64,000 nucleotides of DNA, taken from assembly GCA_963706285.1 (NCBI GenBank), contig CAVPLU010000013.1, positions 104,762 through 168,761 of the forward strand. Direction: 5' to 3'. How positions within the stretch are numbered: position 1 is the first letter of the stretch; every line of letters begins with the position of its first letter. The notes beneath the pieces are model-generated. The model made no database searches, was not told where the DNA came from, and was given only the letters and a program-made list of their open reading frames with translations. This stretch comes from Candidatus Bathyarchaeota archaeon (GTDB lineage: Archaea > Thermoproteota > Bathyarchaeia > 40CM-2-53-6). Of this stretch, positions 30,031 to 40,202 are shown piece by piece. Made by a program: the position numbers and the translations under genes.

Positions 30031-31215
30031 ATGCCAAAAGATAGATTGGCTTTCCTTCGCGAGGAGTATTTGTCTCTCGAAGCAGCCGGCTTGGACTGGA
30101 AGCTTCGAACGCTTCAAGGCAACAGTGCACCTCGTTGCATAGTTGACGGCAAAAGCGTGCTTATGCTTTGCTCCAACAACTACCTGAACTTAACGAATCA
30201 TCCCAAGCTGAAGGAAGCAGCAAAGAGAGCGATCGACACGCACGGCGTGGGTTCCGGGTCTGTAAGGGCGATAGCAGGGAATATGGACCTTCATCTTCAA
30301 CTTGAGAAGAAGCTGGCAGAGTTCAAGCATGCTGAAGCTGCTCTTGTGTATTCAACAGGGTTTGCAGCAAACGCTGGCCTCGTACCTCAACTTACGGGTG
30401 AGGGCGATATCATAATCAGCGATGAGCTGAATCACGGAAGCATTATCGACGGCGTTCGCCTAAGCAAGGCGGAGAAGACCGTCTACAGACACTGCGACGC
30501 CAATGACTTGGAGAGGGTCCTCAAGGAAACACGAAGCAAGTACAGAAGAACGCTTGTGATCTCAGATGGCGTCTTTAGCATGGATGGCGATATCGCGCCG
30601 TTCGACAAGATAACGGAACTCGCGTCGGAGTTCGGAGCAATCACGTACGTTGACGACGCACATGGAGACGGAGTGCTAGGCGAGAAGGGGAGAGGGATAG
30701 CTTCTCATTTCCGGATCGAAGGCAAGATCGATATCGAGATGGGTACCTTCTCCAAGGCGTTCGGGGTGGTGGGGGGATATGTTTCAGGAAGTGAAGACCT
30801 CAGGAGATTTGCGTTCAACAAGTCACGCACATGGCTCCTAAGCGCCTCTCATCCACCACCAGTGACTGCAGCATGCACTGCAGCTTTGGAGGTTGTGGAA
30901 AGCGAACCCGAGCATCTTGAGAATCTCTGGAAGAATACTGGTTACTTCAAGAAGAAGCTTCGAGGGATGGGCTTCGACATAGGTGACAGCCAGACGCCGA
31001 TCACGCCAGTAATCGTTGGGGAAAGCTCAGTTGCACAAGAGATGAGCACAATGCTGTACGATGAGGGCGTCTTCGCGCTACCAATTGTCTTTCCGATGGT
31101 TGCACGCAACAAGGCTCGGATTCGCACGATGATGAGTGCAGGTCACACGAAAGCGGATCTTGATGAGGCACTCGCTGCCTTTGAGAAGATCGGTCGCAAA
31201 CTGAGACTTCTGTGA
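30031..31215 (+). CDS. kbl: 2-amino-3-ketobutyrate CoA ligase (glycine C-acetyltransferase)
   Basis: CSNNYL, SDELNHGSIIDG, DGVFSMDGD, VDDAHG, GTFSKAFG. Confidence 0.88.
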   Translation: MPKDRLAFLREEYLSLEAAGLDWKLRTLQGNSAPRCIVDGKSVLMLCSNNYLNLTNHPKLKEAAKRAIDTHGVGSGSVRAIAGNMDLHLQLEKKLAEFKHAEAALVYSTGFAANAGLVPQLTGEGDIIISDELNHGSIIDGVRLSKAEKTVYRHCDANDLERVLKETRSKYRRTLVISDGVFSMDGDIAPFDKITELASEFGAITYVDDAHGDGVLGEKGRGIASHFRIEGKIDIEMGTFSKAFGVVGGYVSGSEDLRRFAFNKSRTWLLSASHPPPVTAACTAALEVVESEPEHLENLWKNTGYFKKKLRGMGFDIGDSQTPITPVIVGESSVAQEMSTMLYDEGVFALPIVFPMVARNKARIRTMMSAGHTKADLDEALAAFEKIGRKLRLL

Positions 31216-31224
31216 TGCGTTCGT

Positions 31225-31863
31225 TCATCGAATCCAGTCGTCATGGGTGACTGTGCTGTAGGTATTTCGCAGAGCATCATATACGGCGAGCGCGGTTGAG
31301 GCTAGTGTGCTAGTGGATCCATAGGTTCGAGTCCAGCAGTCTCTCACGCCAGCCAATGTCAACACCGTCTTCATGATTTCTCCACCAACCAGCCCAAGGC
31401 CTCGCGGGCCTGGTATGATATCAACTCGTACGCTGCCGCACTTACCTGTGACTCGGAACGGGAGCGAGTGAGATTGGCCGCAGCCGCATTCCCAGCTACC
31501 GCATCCACGTCTGACGGGGATTATCCTGAGCTTCGCCTGAAGTGTTGCTTTGTCTATGCCTGTTCTGACTTGCTTAGCTTTTCCATCGCCTACCCCGAGA
31601 TACCCGTTGCCATTCCCTACGGCAACAACTGCCCTGAATCGCGACTTTTCTCCAGCGTCTGTTTGCTTCTGAACGAAACCGATTCCGAGAACTTCTTGCT
31701 TCAGATCGGGCAGCAGCACATCAACAATCTCAGGTTCCATAACACGGAGTCCTTGCGTGAAGACTTCATCGAGTGACAGAACCTGGCCGATCTGCACCAT
31801 CTTGCCGAGCTTGGTTTTCGGTACCCAGCCCGCTTCTCGTTGTTGTGTGGGTGTGTACGACAT
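31225..31863 (-). CDS. rps5: 30S ribosomal protein uS5
   Basis: WVPKTKLG, QKQTDAG, RRGCGSWEC. Confidence 0.97.
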   Translation of the reverse strand: MSYTPTQQREAGWVPKTKLGKMVQIGQVLSLDEVFTQGLRVMEPEIVDVLLPDLKQEVLGIGFVQKQTDAGEKSRFRAVVAVGNGNGYLGVGDGKAKQVRTGIDKATLQAKLRIIPVRRGCGSWECGCGQSHSLPFRVTGKCGSVRVDIIPGPRGLGLVGGEIMKTVLTLAGVRDCWTRTYGSTSTLASTALAVYDALRNTYSTVTHDDWIR

Positions 31864-31867
31864 GAGT

Positions 31868-32311
31868 CTATCGCTTCCTTGATAGTTTGTGTGCTTCGAT
31901 GTACTCGTTGAGATGTGAGGCGCTTCTAAAAGATCCGCCTTTCGCCATAAGGAACAGTTTCCTGTAGGTTTGTGTTGGTATCATGTGTTTGTCTCTCAAT
32001 TCTCGCAATCTGTTGCGGATTGCTCGAATGCGTAGCATCCATGCAGTTTTCCGCGGAAGACTGGCACCCTTTCTTGAACCTAAGCCACTTCGTCTTCCAG
32101 CTCTTTTCTTCAACTTGACCGCACGCGCTCTTCCCCTGCTGACTCCCGTTTCAGGATGGGTACGGATTGCTCCTTCATGTATCAGCTTGCGAATCTCCGT
32201 GCGCGTTATTGCTGAACTGATTGCATCCATGTCTTCTGGGTCCAGCCAAATTCTGTTCTCGCCCACTTTTAGGATATTGGCGGCGATACGCCTTTGCGAT
32301 CTAGCACTCAT
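31868..32311 (-). CDS. rpl19e: 50S ribosomal protein eL19
   Basis: QRRIAA, RIWLDP, GVSRGR, AKGGSF. Confidence 0.97.
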   Translation of the reverse strand: MSARSQRRIAANILKVGENRIWLDPEDMDAISSAITRTEIRKLIHEGAIRTHPETGVSRGRARAVKLKKRAGRRSGLGSRKGASLPRKTAWMLRIRAIRNRLRELRDKHMIPTQTYRKLFLMAKGGSFRSASHLNEYIEAHKLSRKR

Positions 32312-32760
32312 TCTATTTTCGCTCCAGTCGTTGCGGGGGTTTCCTCTTCCGACTTCGTAGGTTCAACGTCTTTGACTACTAGCTCTGAGGTCGGAGTAGG
32401 TTCAGGCTTCTTTGTCCTGGGATTTGCCACTTTCAGCTCTAGTGTCTGAGCTCTATCGATGATGGCGATTCTGTTTCTCTCGCCGACTGTGTGGCTAATC
32501 TTAACGATCTGAGTCTTCGCATTGATTCCTTCGAGGTCGGCCGGTCGCCTCACAATGACCTCTTCAAGACCGGAGGGATGAAGACCTCGCTCTTTTCGAT
32601 TTCGTTTGTAGCCTACCTTGACGATCTTAGGCCAGCCTCTCATTCCTAGCCTCATTTTGCTGGTCTTGCCTCGTGGGCGTCTCCATGATTTCTTGACTCT
32701 GATCCAACGCCAGCTTTCTTGTCGAACAAAATGGGGGGTGCTGCGCTTTTTCTCTGTCAA
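32308..32760 (-). CDS. rpl32e: 50S ribosomal protein eL32
   Basis: FVRQESWR, WRRPRG, GLHPSG. TTG start at 32760. Confidence 0.96.
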   Translation of the reverse strand: MTEKKRSTPHFVRQESWRWIRVKKSWRRPRGKTSKMRLGMRGWPKIVKVGYKRNRKERGLHPSGLEEVIVRRPADLEGINAKTQIVKISHTVGERNRIAIIDRAQTLELKVANPRTKKPEPTPTSELVVKDVEPTKSEEETPATTGAKIE

Positions 32761-32761
32761 C

Positions 32762-33313
32762 TCACATGCCTTCTTTGCGTTCGAAGAGGTAAATGCCGTC
32801 AAGGAAGACTCGTTGATCCTTCTCCTTGATCTTCGTGCATTGTTCAATGTTGGCTGCCGTTTGGCTTACGTCCTGGAGACTGATTCCCTGGATGATTACC
32901 TCGTCGCCTGCCGCTTTCACTTTCGAGTCTCCAACAATTCGGGCGATACGCGGGGTCTTCTCGCCTGTGAAGTTCTCTATCAGTAATTTTCGTTCTTTGT
33001 CATTTACTTTTAGGGTGACTGGGAAGTGAGCGTGGACAACCTTCATCTTGAATGTGAATCCTGACTCAACGCCTTTGACTATGTTGCGAATCCTAGCCGC
33101 CGCTGTTCCCGCCTTTGCGATGTCTGCCTTTCGTGGCCACGATGATGTGACACGGACTTGCCCCTTCCCAACTTCCATGATGCATGGTAGGTGGGATAGA
33201 TCCTCTTCCAACGTGCCTTTCGGGCCTGATGCTTTTACCTTTCGGTTAGGGATCTCGACTGTGACGTCCGCTGGAATCTCAACGATTCGCTCTACAAGTT
33301 CTGTCGGCGCCAT
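32762..33313 (-). CDS. rpl6: 50S ribosomal protein uL6
   Basis: GPKGTL, AHFPVT, NFTGEK, DQRVFLDGIY. Confidence 0.97.
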   Translation of the reverse strand: MAPTELVERIVEIPADVTVEIPNRKVKASGPKGTLEEDLSHLPCIMEVGKGQVRVTSSWPRKADIAKAGTAAARIRNIVKGVESGFTFKMKVVHAHFPVTLKVNDKERKLLIENFTGEKTPRIARIVGDSKVKAAGDEVIIQGISLQDVSQTAANIEQCTKIKEKDQRVFLDGIYLFERKEGM

Positions 33314-33323
33314 CTCTTGTCAT

Positions 33324-33488
33324 CTACATGTACTTCTTGAATCCCAATGTCGGGGCTAGTTCCCTGAAACATTGTCTGCACAAATTAAGCCCGTACTTTC
33401 GTATGATGGCATCATATTGGCCGCAACGTCTGCACGCGCGGCTTCCTTTGCCGTATTTTTTCTTCCTCGGCATTTTCTTCTTGGCCAC
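33324..33488 (-). CDS. rps14: 30S ribosomal protein uS14 (Zn-binding)
   Basis: Not in the ORF track. Manual translation: [54 protein letters not shown]. Confidence 0.96.
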   Translation of the reverse strand: MAKKKMPRKKKYGKGSRACRRCGQYDAIIRKYGLNLCRQCFRELAPTLGFKKYM

Positions 33489-34036
33489 TATTGTTGACCC
33501 CCAACGATCTCTGTGCCGAAATTGCTTCGGACGAACCGGATTGCTTCCTCTTTCGTGACCAAGTGGCTCCGTCCTACTCTGCTCTGTCTGATTCTTCGTC
33601 TCTTAACACGGAAACCGGGCCTTTCCATTGTTGCGATGACGTCGAACCCAATTATGCCGAGTTCAGGGACGTACTTGGTGCCCGGCACTTCAATATGCTC
33701 CTTCACTCCAAATGCGAAGTTACCCTGCCGATCAAAGTTCGATTCTTTCAAGCGATTTCCAACTGCTTCCAAGGCTCTCTTCATGAACTGGGCTGCCTTT
33801 TCTCTGCGCAGTGTGACTTTGCAGGCGATAGGTTCTCCTTCTCTGATTCCAAAGTCTTTGACTGTTCGCTTTGCTCGCTGGGAAGAGGGCTTCTGCCCTG
33901 TAAGCTCGCCAAGGATCTTTCTTGCCTTCTCAAGCTCTTCCCCTGACTTTCCGACACCTATGTGGACGGTAAGCTTCTCAAGCCTAACCTGCCGCATTGG
34001 GTGTTCCTTTGCCGGGGTTTCTTGGACTGCTTGCAT
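33488..34036 (-). CDS. rpl5: 50S ribosomal protein uL5
   Basis: [27 protein letters not shown]. Confidence 0.97.
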   Translation of the reverse strand: MQAVQETPAKEHPMRQVRLEKLTVHIGVGKSGEELEKARKILGELTGQKPSSQRAKRTVKDFGIREGEPIACKVTLRREKAAQFMKRALEAVGNRLKESNFDRQGNFAFGVKEHIEVPGTKYVPELGIIGFDVIATMERPGFRVKRRRIRQSRVGRSHLVTKEEAIRFVRSNFGTEIVGGQQ

Positions 34037-34038
34037 CT

Positions 34039-34795
34039 CTATGCCTCGCCTTCAATCTTGATTATTGGTTTCTCTTCGCCCACAACGAAGAGATAGTCGG
34101 CGATGGTTTCGAATCTGTTTCCGGAGGGGTCTTCGATCAACGCTGTTGCTCTTCTAGCCGCAGTGCTGGGCTCAAGCTTCATGATCCTTCCGTGCCTCCC
34201 GAGGTTTCTTCCGGACGTGACGATCGCGTACGCTCCTTCAGCAAACTTCAGGTGGCCTACTATCTTTTGAGCCGGGATGCTGATCCTCACTGTATCCCTC
34301 GTCTTGTACGTGTCCTCCCTTGGGGTTCGTGAGTCTTGGATAGGTATTGCAATGCTTCTGCCATCATGTAGATTGAGCTGGACATGGCCTTTCCTCAACG
34401 TGCTCTTGTTTTCAATCCTGCAGAGTTTGGTGTCCGCTTCGTCCTTTGATATTCGCACTGCTGTCAGGCCTTTGCCAACTGCGGGAAGAATCCGATAGCT
34501 CACGTTCGCGTCCGGGTATTCCGACAACATCCATCAAGCCTGTCGGAAACTTGTGTTCACGTCGAATCTTACCGTCTACGCTGACTCGGTTCTGAGCGAG
34601 GATAATCTTACTTTCTCGCGCGTTTCTCGCATAGCCAAGCATGTCCCTCAGTAGGCTTGAAAGTGGGATGCAGGCCTTCTGAGCGTGGGGACCAGGAATT
34701 GGCCTAATAGCCCACTGCGACTCCTTGACATGAATTCGCCAAAACCGCGGCGACTTCTCTCGCTTGAGATGCCTCTTTCCGCCCTTCTTTCCCAT
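34039..34795 (-). CDS. rps4e: 30S ribosomal protein eS4 (shift near 34520)
   Basis: MGKKGGKRHLKR, PGPH, GLMDV, QLNLHDG. Confidence 0.96.
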
Positions 34796-34798
34796 TCC

Positions 34799-35192
34799 CT
34801 ATTCAGCCTCCGTCTTTTCAACGACGGTCTTCGGCTCTTTGAGCGAATCTGCTCGCCATTTGTCGTCCAAGTTCAATCTCGTTATCATGACCTTTGTGCA
34901 GTGAACAGAAACCTTTTCCGAGGTGCCAGCGACCTTCTCTCGGGTCACGCCTTCCACGAAGAGCCTCTGCCTCGTAGTATCTATGTCCGAGACTTTCCCT
35001 TCTACTCCAGAGAAGTCGCCGCGGACAATTCGAACTGTATCACCGGTTCTCACCGGGACTGATCTTCTCGCCATACGTTGTTCTGAGCTCCACCGACAGG
35101 GGTGCAGCAAGGAATTTGTGTCTCTGCCAACTGTGCGCAGAATATCGCGCTTTTCTTTGTTTGCTTGGTCGAGTCGAGGCTCTTGTATGCAT
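34799..35192 (-). CDS. rpl24: 50S ribosomal protein uL24 (shift near 35070)
   Basis: PSKQRK...APLS in one frame; RTGDTVRIVRGDF in the next. Confidence 0.95.
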
Positions 35193-35198
35193 TACTTT

Positions 35199-35636
35199 TC
35201 ACACCACTATGTTCGCGATGTTGGCAACTCTAGGCCACCTCTCTGCTGCCTCTCGGGCGACCGGGCCTCTAATTTCCGTTCCCTTAAGCTCGCCCTCTGG
35301 TGTCATGATCACTGCGGCATTATCCTCGAACTGAATTCTGACGCCCTCAGGCCGGTTAAACGGTCTTCTTTGACGCACCACCACAGCCGGGAACATTTGG
35401 CGCCGGAGCTCAGGGGTCCCCTTGGATACGGAGACCATTATCATGTCACCGACGCATGCTGCTGGAACTCGTCTGAGTCGACCGTGGTATCCCATGACGT
35501 TGATGACTTTCAACTGTTTCGCGCCGGTATTATCAGCGCAAAAAATTCTGCTTCCTAGTGGTAGACCGCGTGCTACGTGCGGCCTATACTCTACCATTCC
35601 CTTTGCGCTGACTGCTCTCGTTCTCGGCGCTGGCAT
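35199..35636 (-). CDS. rpl14: 50S ribosomal protein uL14
   Basis: ADNTGAK, FEDNAAVI, GPVAREAAERW. Confidence 0.97.
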   Translation of the reverse strand: MPAPRTRAVSAKGMVEYRPHVARGLPLGSRIFCADNTGAKQLKVINVMGYHGRLRRVPAACVGDMIMVSVSKGTPELRRQMFPAVVVRQRRPFNRPEGVRIQFEDNAAVIMTPEGELKGTEIRGPVAREAAERWPRVANIANIVV

Positions 35637-35703
35637 ATCATGTCACTTTGGATTTTCGGCAAAGAGCGAACTATTCTTCTTTAATGTTTTGATAGTGTCG
35701 CGC

Positions 35704-36033
35704 CTAAGCACTTAGAAGGACCTTCTCGATTGCCACAAATGTGACTTCTTTGCTGACTGGTCGACATTCCATTATTCTCACGCGGTCGCCGTCTTTCAAT
35801 TCTAAGCAGGGCGGGTTGTGCGCGAGAATCCTGCTGCGACGACGTTCGTAGCGCATGTATTTCTTTGCGTAGTGCAGGTGTCCCCTCTCGACTGTGACAG
35901 TGCCGCTCATCTTCGTGCTCACAACCGTCCCATCGAGCATCTTTCCTCTTACTGGAAGAGTGCCGTGGAACGGACAGTTCGGATCTTCACAGGGCTTCTG
36001 AGGTCGTTTTACTCCGATTCCTATTTCTCGCAT
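35704..36033 (-). CDS. rps17: 30S ribosomal protein uS17
   Basis: CEDPNCPFHG, ECRPVSK. Confidence 0.97.
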   Translation of the reverse strand: MREIGIGVKRPQKPCEDPNCPFHGTLPVRGKMLDGTVVSTKMSGTVTVERGHLHYAKKYMRYERRRSRILAHNPPCLELKDGDRVRIMECRPVSKEVTFVAIEKVLLSA

Positions 36034-36315
36034 CACCATTTCCTCCCTCTTGCCTTCATCCTGTTTTCAGGTCTCCCGACAAGCTTGGCTCCTTCAACTT
36101 CCACAATGGAACCATCAGGCAAATCAAACCTGAATACCGCGATCTCCTTTCGGGATCATCTTCACGCCTTCCCTCGTGCTTAGCTTGACAGTGTTCCTCG
36201 TCTCATCGACGATTCGCCCACGAGTGCCCACGATCAGAGCATTCGAACTTCGCGCAACAATTGTCTTCAATCCAATCAGCTCGTGTCTCAAGATATTCTC
36301 TGGTCTGATCGGCAT
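36033..36315 (-). CDS. rnp1: RNase P protein Rpp29 (shift near 36145)
   Basis: RHELIGL, GRIVDETRNT, then VEGAKLVGRPENR in another frame. Confidence 0.92.
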
Positions 36316-36530
36316 TACTCCTTCACGGGCGACTTGGTCGCCTTGGTCTCCATGGTGAGAAGTCTTGCAATTGTCTTTCGCAATTCTCTGATCCGTGCTG
36401 GGTTCTCGATTCGGCCCCCAGATTCGACTGTGGTACGCATCTTGGCAAGCTCGATTCTAAGCTCCCTGAGCTTCTTATGCCGCTCATCTGGCAGAAGCTG
36501 AGCTCTCTCACGCTTTCGCAGTATCGGCAT
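36315..36530 (-). CDS. rpl29: 50S ribosomal protein uL29
   Basis: ENPARIRELRKTIARLLT. Confidence 0.96.
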   Translation of the reverse strand: MPILRKRERAQLLPDERHKKLRELRIELAKMRTTVESGGRIENPARIRELRKTIARLLTMETKATKSPVKE

Positions 36531-37194
36531 CTTCCTCTGTCTCCTCGCTCTTTTCTTCGGTTTCGGCTGCGGTTTCCTTTGGAGGTTCGGGTGCCTCGCC
36601 CGGAGTTCTCAGCTCAGGCTTGTCTGGGAACCGTGCTCCTGGTGGAAGGATTCGCACGGTTATACCAAATAGTCCCTGCTTCAACTGGATGTCAACCACT
36701 GCCCTCTTGACTTGCTTGAGCACGGGGTCCCCGACGCTTGGGAGGTAACCGTCCTTGAATTTCTCATATCTGGCGCGCTCGGTGGTCAATTTTCCACGGA
36801 TTGCAACGTCAACTCCGAGCGCTCCTGCGCCCATCGCTCTTTGAAGTGCCCAGTAGGCGGCTCTCCTGAAGTGGATGCCGCGCTGCAAGGCGGAGGCGAT
36901 TTGAGAACCAACAACCATAGGATCCAGGTCGGGGACTTCAATGGCCGCGACGGATACCTGTGGATTCTCCATTCCAAATGTCTGTTCAAAGACCTGGGTA
37001 AGATCACGAATGCTCTGACCGCGTCTTCCTATTACCATGCCCGGCTTCGCAGCGTAGATAACAACTCTCGTTCCGAGCGGGGTCTTGGTCATCTCCACTT
37101 TGCTATAGCCGGCTTTCTTGAGCTCACCGGCTAGGTAGGAGTCAATCTCGGCTTTTTTCATATTGTCACGTACAAAGTACTTGCTGACTGACAT
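36508..37194 (-). CDS. rps3: 30S ribosomal protein uS3
   Basis: KH domain PGMVIGRRG, GALGV, GKL. Confidence 0.97.
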   Translation of the reverse strand: MSVSKYFVRDNMKKAEIDSYLAGELKKAGYSKVEMTKTPLGTRVVIYAAKPGMVIGRRGQSIRDLTQVFEQTFGMENPQVSVAAIEVPDLDPMVVGSQIASALQRGIHFRRAAYWALQRAMGAGALGVDVAIRGKLTTERARYEKFKDGYLPSVGDPVLKQVKRAVVDIQLKQGLFGITVRILPPGARFPDKPELRTPGEAPEPPKETAAETEEKSEETEEDADTAKA

Positions 37195-37658
37195 CACGCT
37201 TGTGCCTCGTATCCGATCAGTTCGATATGGGTGAGAGTGTTGAAGGATGGGCTTGATCTGCCAAAGGCCCGTGGGACATAGTTCCTCGTCTTCATGCCTC
37301 GTTGACTTGCTGCGTGAATTATCCTGAGTCTGTCAACGTCTAGGCCTTTGTATTCGGCGTTCGATTGCAGTTCCTCCAGCAGTCCGAGGATCCTGGTAGC
37401 AGCTTTGGCCGGATACCGGCCTGCATGCCACCGTTCTTGGCTCTTGTGAGGTACTTCTGTCTTGTAGCGTCGATACGGGATCGGTCGTTTCTTGGAGACG
37501 ACATCTTCGAGAAGCCGCTTCGCATCATCCAGTCGCATGCCTCTAATTGTGCAGCAGATTTCTGTTGCGGCTTTGGGCGAGATGCGGAGCTCGCGCCCTG
37601 AACACCTCACAGACCGTTCTGGGTCCATCTCCTTTACTGAATACGCCCAGTTTGGCAT
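37194..37658 (-). CDS. rpl22: 50S ribosomal protein uL22
   Basis: RISPK, GRYPAKA, PRAFGRSS. Confidence 0.97.
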   Translation of the reverse strand: MPNWAYSVKEMDPERSVRCSGRELRISPKAATEICCTIRGMRLDDAKRLLEDVVSKKRPIPYRRYKTEVPHKSQERWHAGRYPAKAATRILGLLEELQSNAEYKGLDVDRLRIIHAASQRGMKTRNYVPRAFGRSSPSFNTLTHIELIGYEAQA

Positions 37659-37758
37659 GCTCTTCTCCGCCAGTATCTCCGAACGCATGGACGGAGCACC
37701 ATAAAAACCAATGCCTTTCCCGCAGTCCTAGGAATTGATTGAGCAATGACACGTCTTC

Positions 37759-38271
37759 GTGAGCAACGATTATTACGTCTGCTCTTCACCATCGAATTTG
37801 TTCATCACGGTGAGACACAGTTTGGCTTCTGGAAGGGAAGATCAACGAGCGATCGAAGCGGAGCTGAAGGGAACCACGCTCCGAGTCTACTGGGAAGTAT
37901 TCAAATCGCCAAAGCCGGTAGGCGTCAGAGAGGTGCAGCGCCTAATCCATTTTTCTAGCCCCAGTACTGCACTCTATCATCTGGAGAAGCTCCGTGAACT
38001 CGGAGTAGTGAGAAAGGACGAGTACGGCCATTACGAGCCTCTCGAAGAAATCCAGCCCAGCCAGTTTCGCATGTTTCTTCGCATCGGCCGCGTCATCTTG
38101 CCCAGGTACGTTTTCTACGCGGTATTCTTTGTGGCAGCTGTCGTGATGTACATTGTGCAGTCGCTTCTCGCAGGCTCGGATGTGAGCGTGATGGCTCTGA
38201 TCTTTGGATTTAGCGCCGCGCTGGTCTGCACCTATGAAGCGGTTAGGATTTGGAGGGACAAGATGATATGA
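37759..38271 (+). CDS. Winged-helix regulator with two C-terminal transmembrane helices
   Basis: GVREVQR...SSPSTALYHLEKL, hydrophobic C-terminus. Start perhaps TTG 37822. Confidence 0.85.
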   Translation: MSNDYYVCSSPSNLFITVRHSLASGREDQRAIEAELKGTTLRVYWEVFKSPKPVGVREVQRLIHFSSPSTALYHLEKLRELGVVRKDEYGHYEPLEEIQPSQFRMFLRIGRVILPRYVFYAVFFVAAVVMYIVQSLLAGSDVSVMALIFGFSAALVCTYEAVRIWRDKMI

Positions 38272-38314
38272 GCTCGGTGGGAATTTTCGACTTGTTCCAA
38301 ACTCTAGATTTAAT

Positions 38315-38617
38315 TTGCGAACGCTACCCGAGAGACAGAGGGCATTAAGTTTGAGGAAAGAACTATCACTCGCAATCATCGCGATAGTATTGGCGCTCAT
38401 CGCTGTGCAAAGCGCGAGCCTCCTGCAGAATCCCTCAGCTGCGGCACTAGTGAAGGGCGCATCAGTGCCCGAGACGAGTCCTGTGTCCGAGACAAGTGCC
38501 CGTCTGCAGATAGATCAATCGACCTATCTCTCATTGAATCAGACTGTCTCGTGGGTGGTCCTAGGTCCACTTGCAATAGCCGCGCTATGTTACATTCTTG
38601 TCAGGAGAAGGATGTAG
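38315..38617 (+). CDS. Small membrane protein
   Basis: N- and C-terminal hydrophobic helices, ends in RRRM. Confidence 0.65.
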   Translation: MRTLPERQRALSLRKELSLAIIAIVLALIAVQSASLLQNPSAAALVKGASVPETSPVSETSARLQIDQSTYLSLNQTVSWVVLGPLAIAALCYILVRRRM

Positions 38618-38687
38618 TCACCTGATGGCAACATAAACGCGAATTGCTGACGCGTGATGCCCCCTGAACTGTGGGGCAATCCCAAGT

Positions 38688-39080
38688 CTACTTCAGAGGA
38701 ACATACATTGAGCTTCTAGACGCGCCGATGCCTGGTGTTCCATGAACCACTTTCTTGTTTGTGATAACGAACTCTCCAAGGTAATGGCCAACCATCTCAG
38801 GTCTGATAGCGAGAGAGCTGAATTCTTTGCCGCTATGGACGAGCAGAGTCTTTCCAACCATTTCTGGAAGGATGATCATGTCCCTGCAGTGGGTCTTGAT
38901 CGGTTTGGCTGCTTCTCTCCCGGATATACGTATCTGTTCAAGGAGTAGCCTCTGCTGGTCCGTGAGCCCCTTCGTGAGCGATCGTCTTTGGCGAGCTGGA
39001 AGCAGCTTGATGAACTCGTCCATGGACATCTGCTGAAGGTCATTGATCGTGTGTCCACGATACGTAAACTCTTTCGGCAT
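38688..39080 (-). CDS. rps19: 30S ribosomal protein uS19
   Basis: [25 protein letters not shown]. Confidence 0.97.
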   Translation of the reverse strand: MPKEFTYRGHTINDLQQMSMDEFIKLLPARQRRSLTKGLTDQQRLLLEQIRISGREAAKPIKTHCRDMIILPEMVGKTLLVHSGKEFSSLAIRPEMVGHYLGEFVITNKKVVHGTPGIGASRSSMYVPLK

Positions 39081-39136
39081 TACTTGATCACTTCTCTGAA
39101 CCTGCTCGACATTGATTAACCAAGACAAAAGAGTTT

Positions 39137-39406
39137 CTAGAGAATGCCCAACCTAACGGCTAGGTCTGAGGCCTTGTAGTCTGAGGCAAGCTTGACGTAG
39201 GCTTTCTTTCGCCCCTCTGGGGTCACAACAGAATTCACGCGATCAACTCTCACTTCGTATAGTTCTTCAACAGCTCGGCGTATGTCATTCTTAGATGCAT
39301 CAGCGTCGACAATGAAGGTGATTTTGTTCTCAGCTTCGATCAAAGTGACTGCATCCTCGGAGACCAGCGGATATTTGATCACTTCTTGAATGCTCTTTAC
39401 TGGCAT
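39137..39406 (-). CDS. rpl23: 50S ribosomal protein uL23
   Basis: [23 protein letters not shown]. Confidence 0.96.
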   Translation of the reverse strand: MPVKSIQEVIKYPLVSEDAVTLIEAENKITFIVDADASKNDIRRAVEELYEVRVDRVNSVVTPEGRKKAYVKLASDYKASDLAVRLGIL

Positions 39407-39407
39407 G

Positions 39408-40199
39408 CTAGTTCCCCTGCGCAGCGAATCGGTTCTCAACGAATTCTAAAGCGGACTTTGTCCAGACTGTGAGCCTTCCAGCATGAGTGCCAGGAGCAAG
39501 ATCCTCGACGTTCAGATTCGATACCTCAACGATATCGACGCCGGTCAGGTTGCGAGCTGCTTTCCCAATCCCTTCATCTTTCAATACGACGAGCAATGGA
39601 CCTCGCGGATGTTTGATTCGTCTACCTCTCACGCGTCCTCTGCCTGCACGTATCTTTGCACCGCTGCGTGCCCTCGTGACATCATCCCAGAGGCCAAGTT
39701 CTTCGAAAGCCTTCCTAGCCTCCGTCGTGGTCTTCAACTTCTGGAATTCGTCTGAGACCACCAATGGGATACTAGGTACCTTCTTGAATTCGTGGCCCCT
39801 GGACGCGACGAGATCTTTGGAGGCTGTTGCGGCTATGGCTGACCAAAGAGCCAGAAGGCGCTCCTTCTTGTTGATGCGCTTCGCGAGTCTTCGCTGTGGC
39901 GACGGTGCATGAGTCAAGCGGCCTTTGACGGTCATGGGTGCGAAAGCGGCTCTATTTGCGCCCTTGATCCTCGGAACTCGAGCGAGGTCTTTGCCGACCC
40001 CAACAGACTCGGCAGTCGTTCGCTTTCCAGCCATCGGGTTCCTGCCCTGTGGTTGGTATGTTCTGCTGTGAAGAGCGACAACGACTTTCTGTATCACGTC
40101 TGGGCGGAACGGTGCTGAGAAAACGGAGGGCAAACCAATGTTTTCATGGGGTTTGCCGCTGATATCGTAGATTTCTATGTTCTTGGAAGGAGATGTCAA
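39408..40199 (-). CDS. rpl4: 50S ribosomal protein uL4
   Basis: [24 protein letters not shown]. Confidence 0.97.
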   Translation of the reverse strand: MTSPSKNIEIYDISGKPHENIGLPSVFSAPFRPDVIQKVVVALHSRTYQPQGRNPMAGKRTTAESVGVGKDLARVPRIKGANRAAFAPMTVKGRLTHAPSPQRRLAKRINKKERLLALWSAIAATASKDLVASRGHEFKKVPSIPLVVSDEFQKLKTTTEARKAFEELGLWDDVTRARSGAKIRAGRGRVRGRRIKHPRGPLLVVLKDEGIGKAARNLTGVDIVEVSNLNVEDLAPGTHAGRLTVWTKSALEFVENRFAAQGN

Positions 40200-40202
40200 G
40201 GC

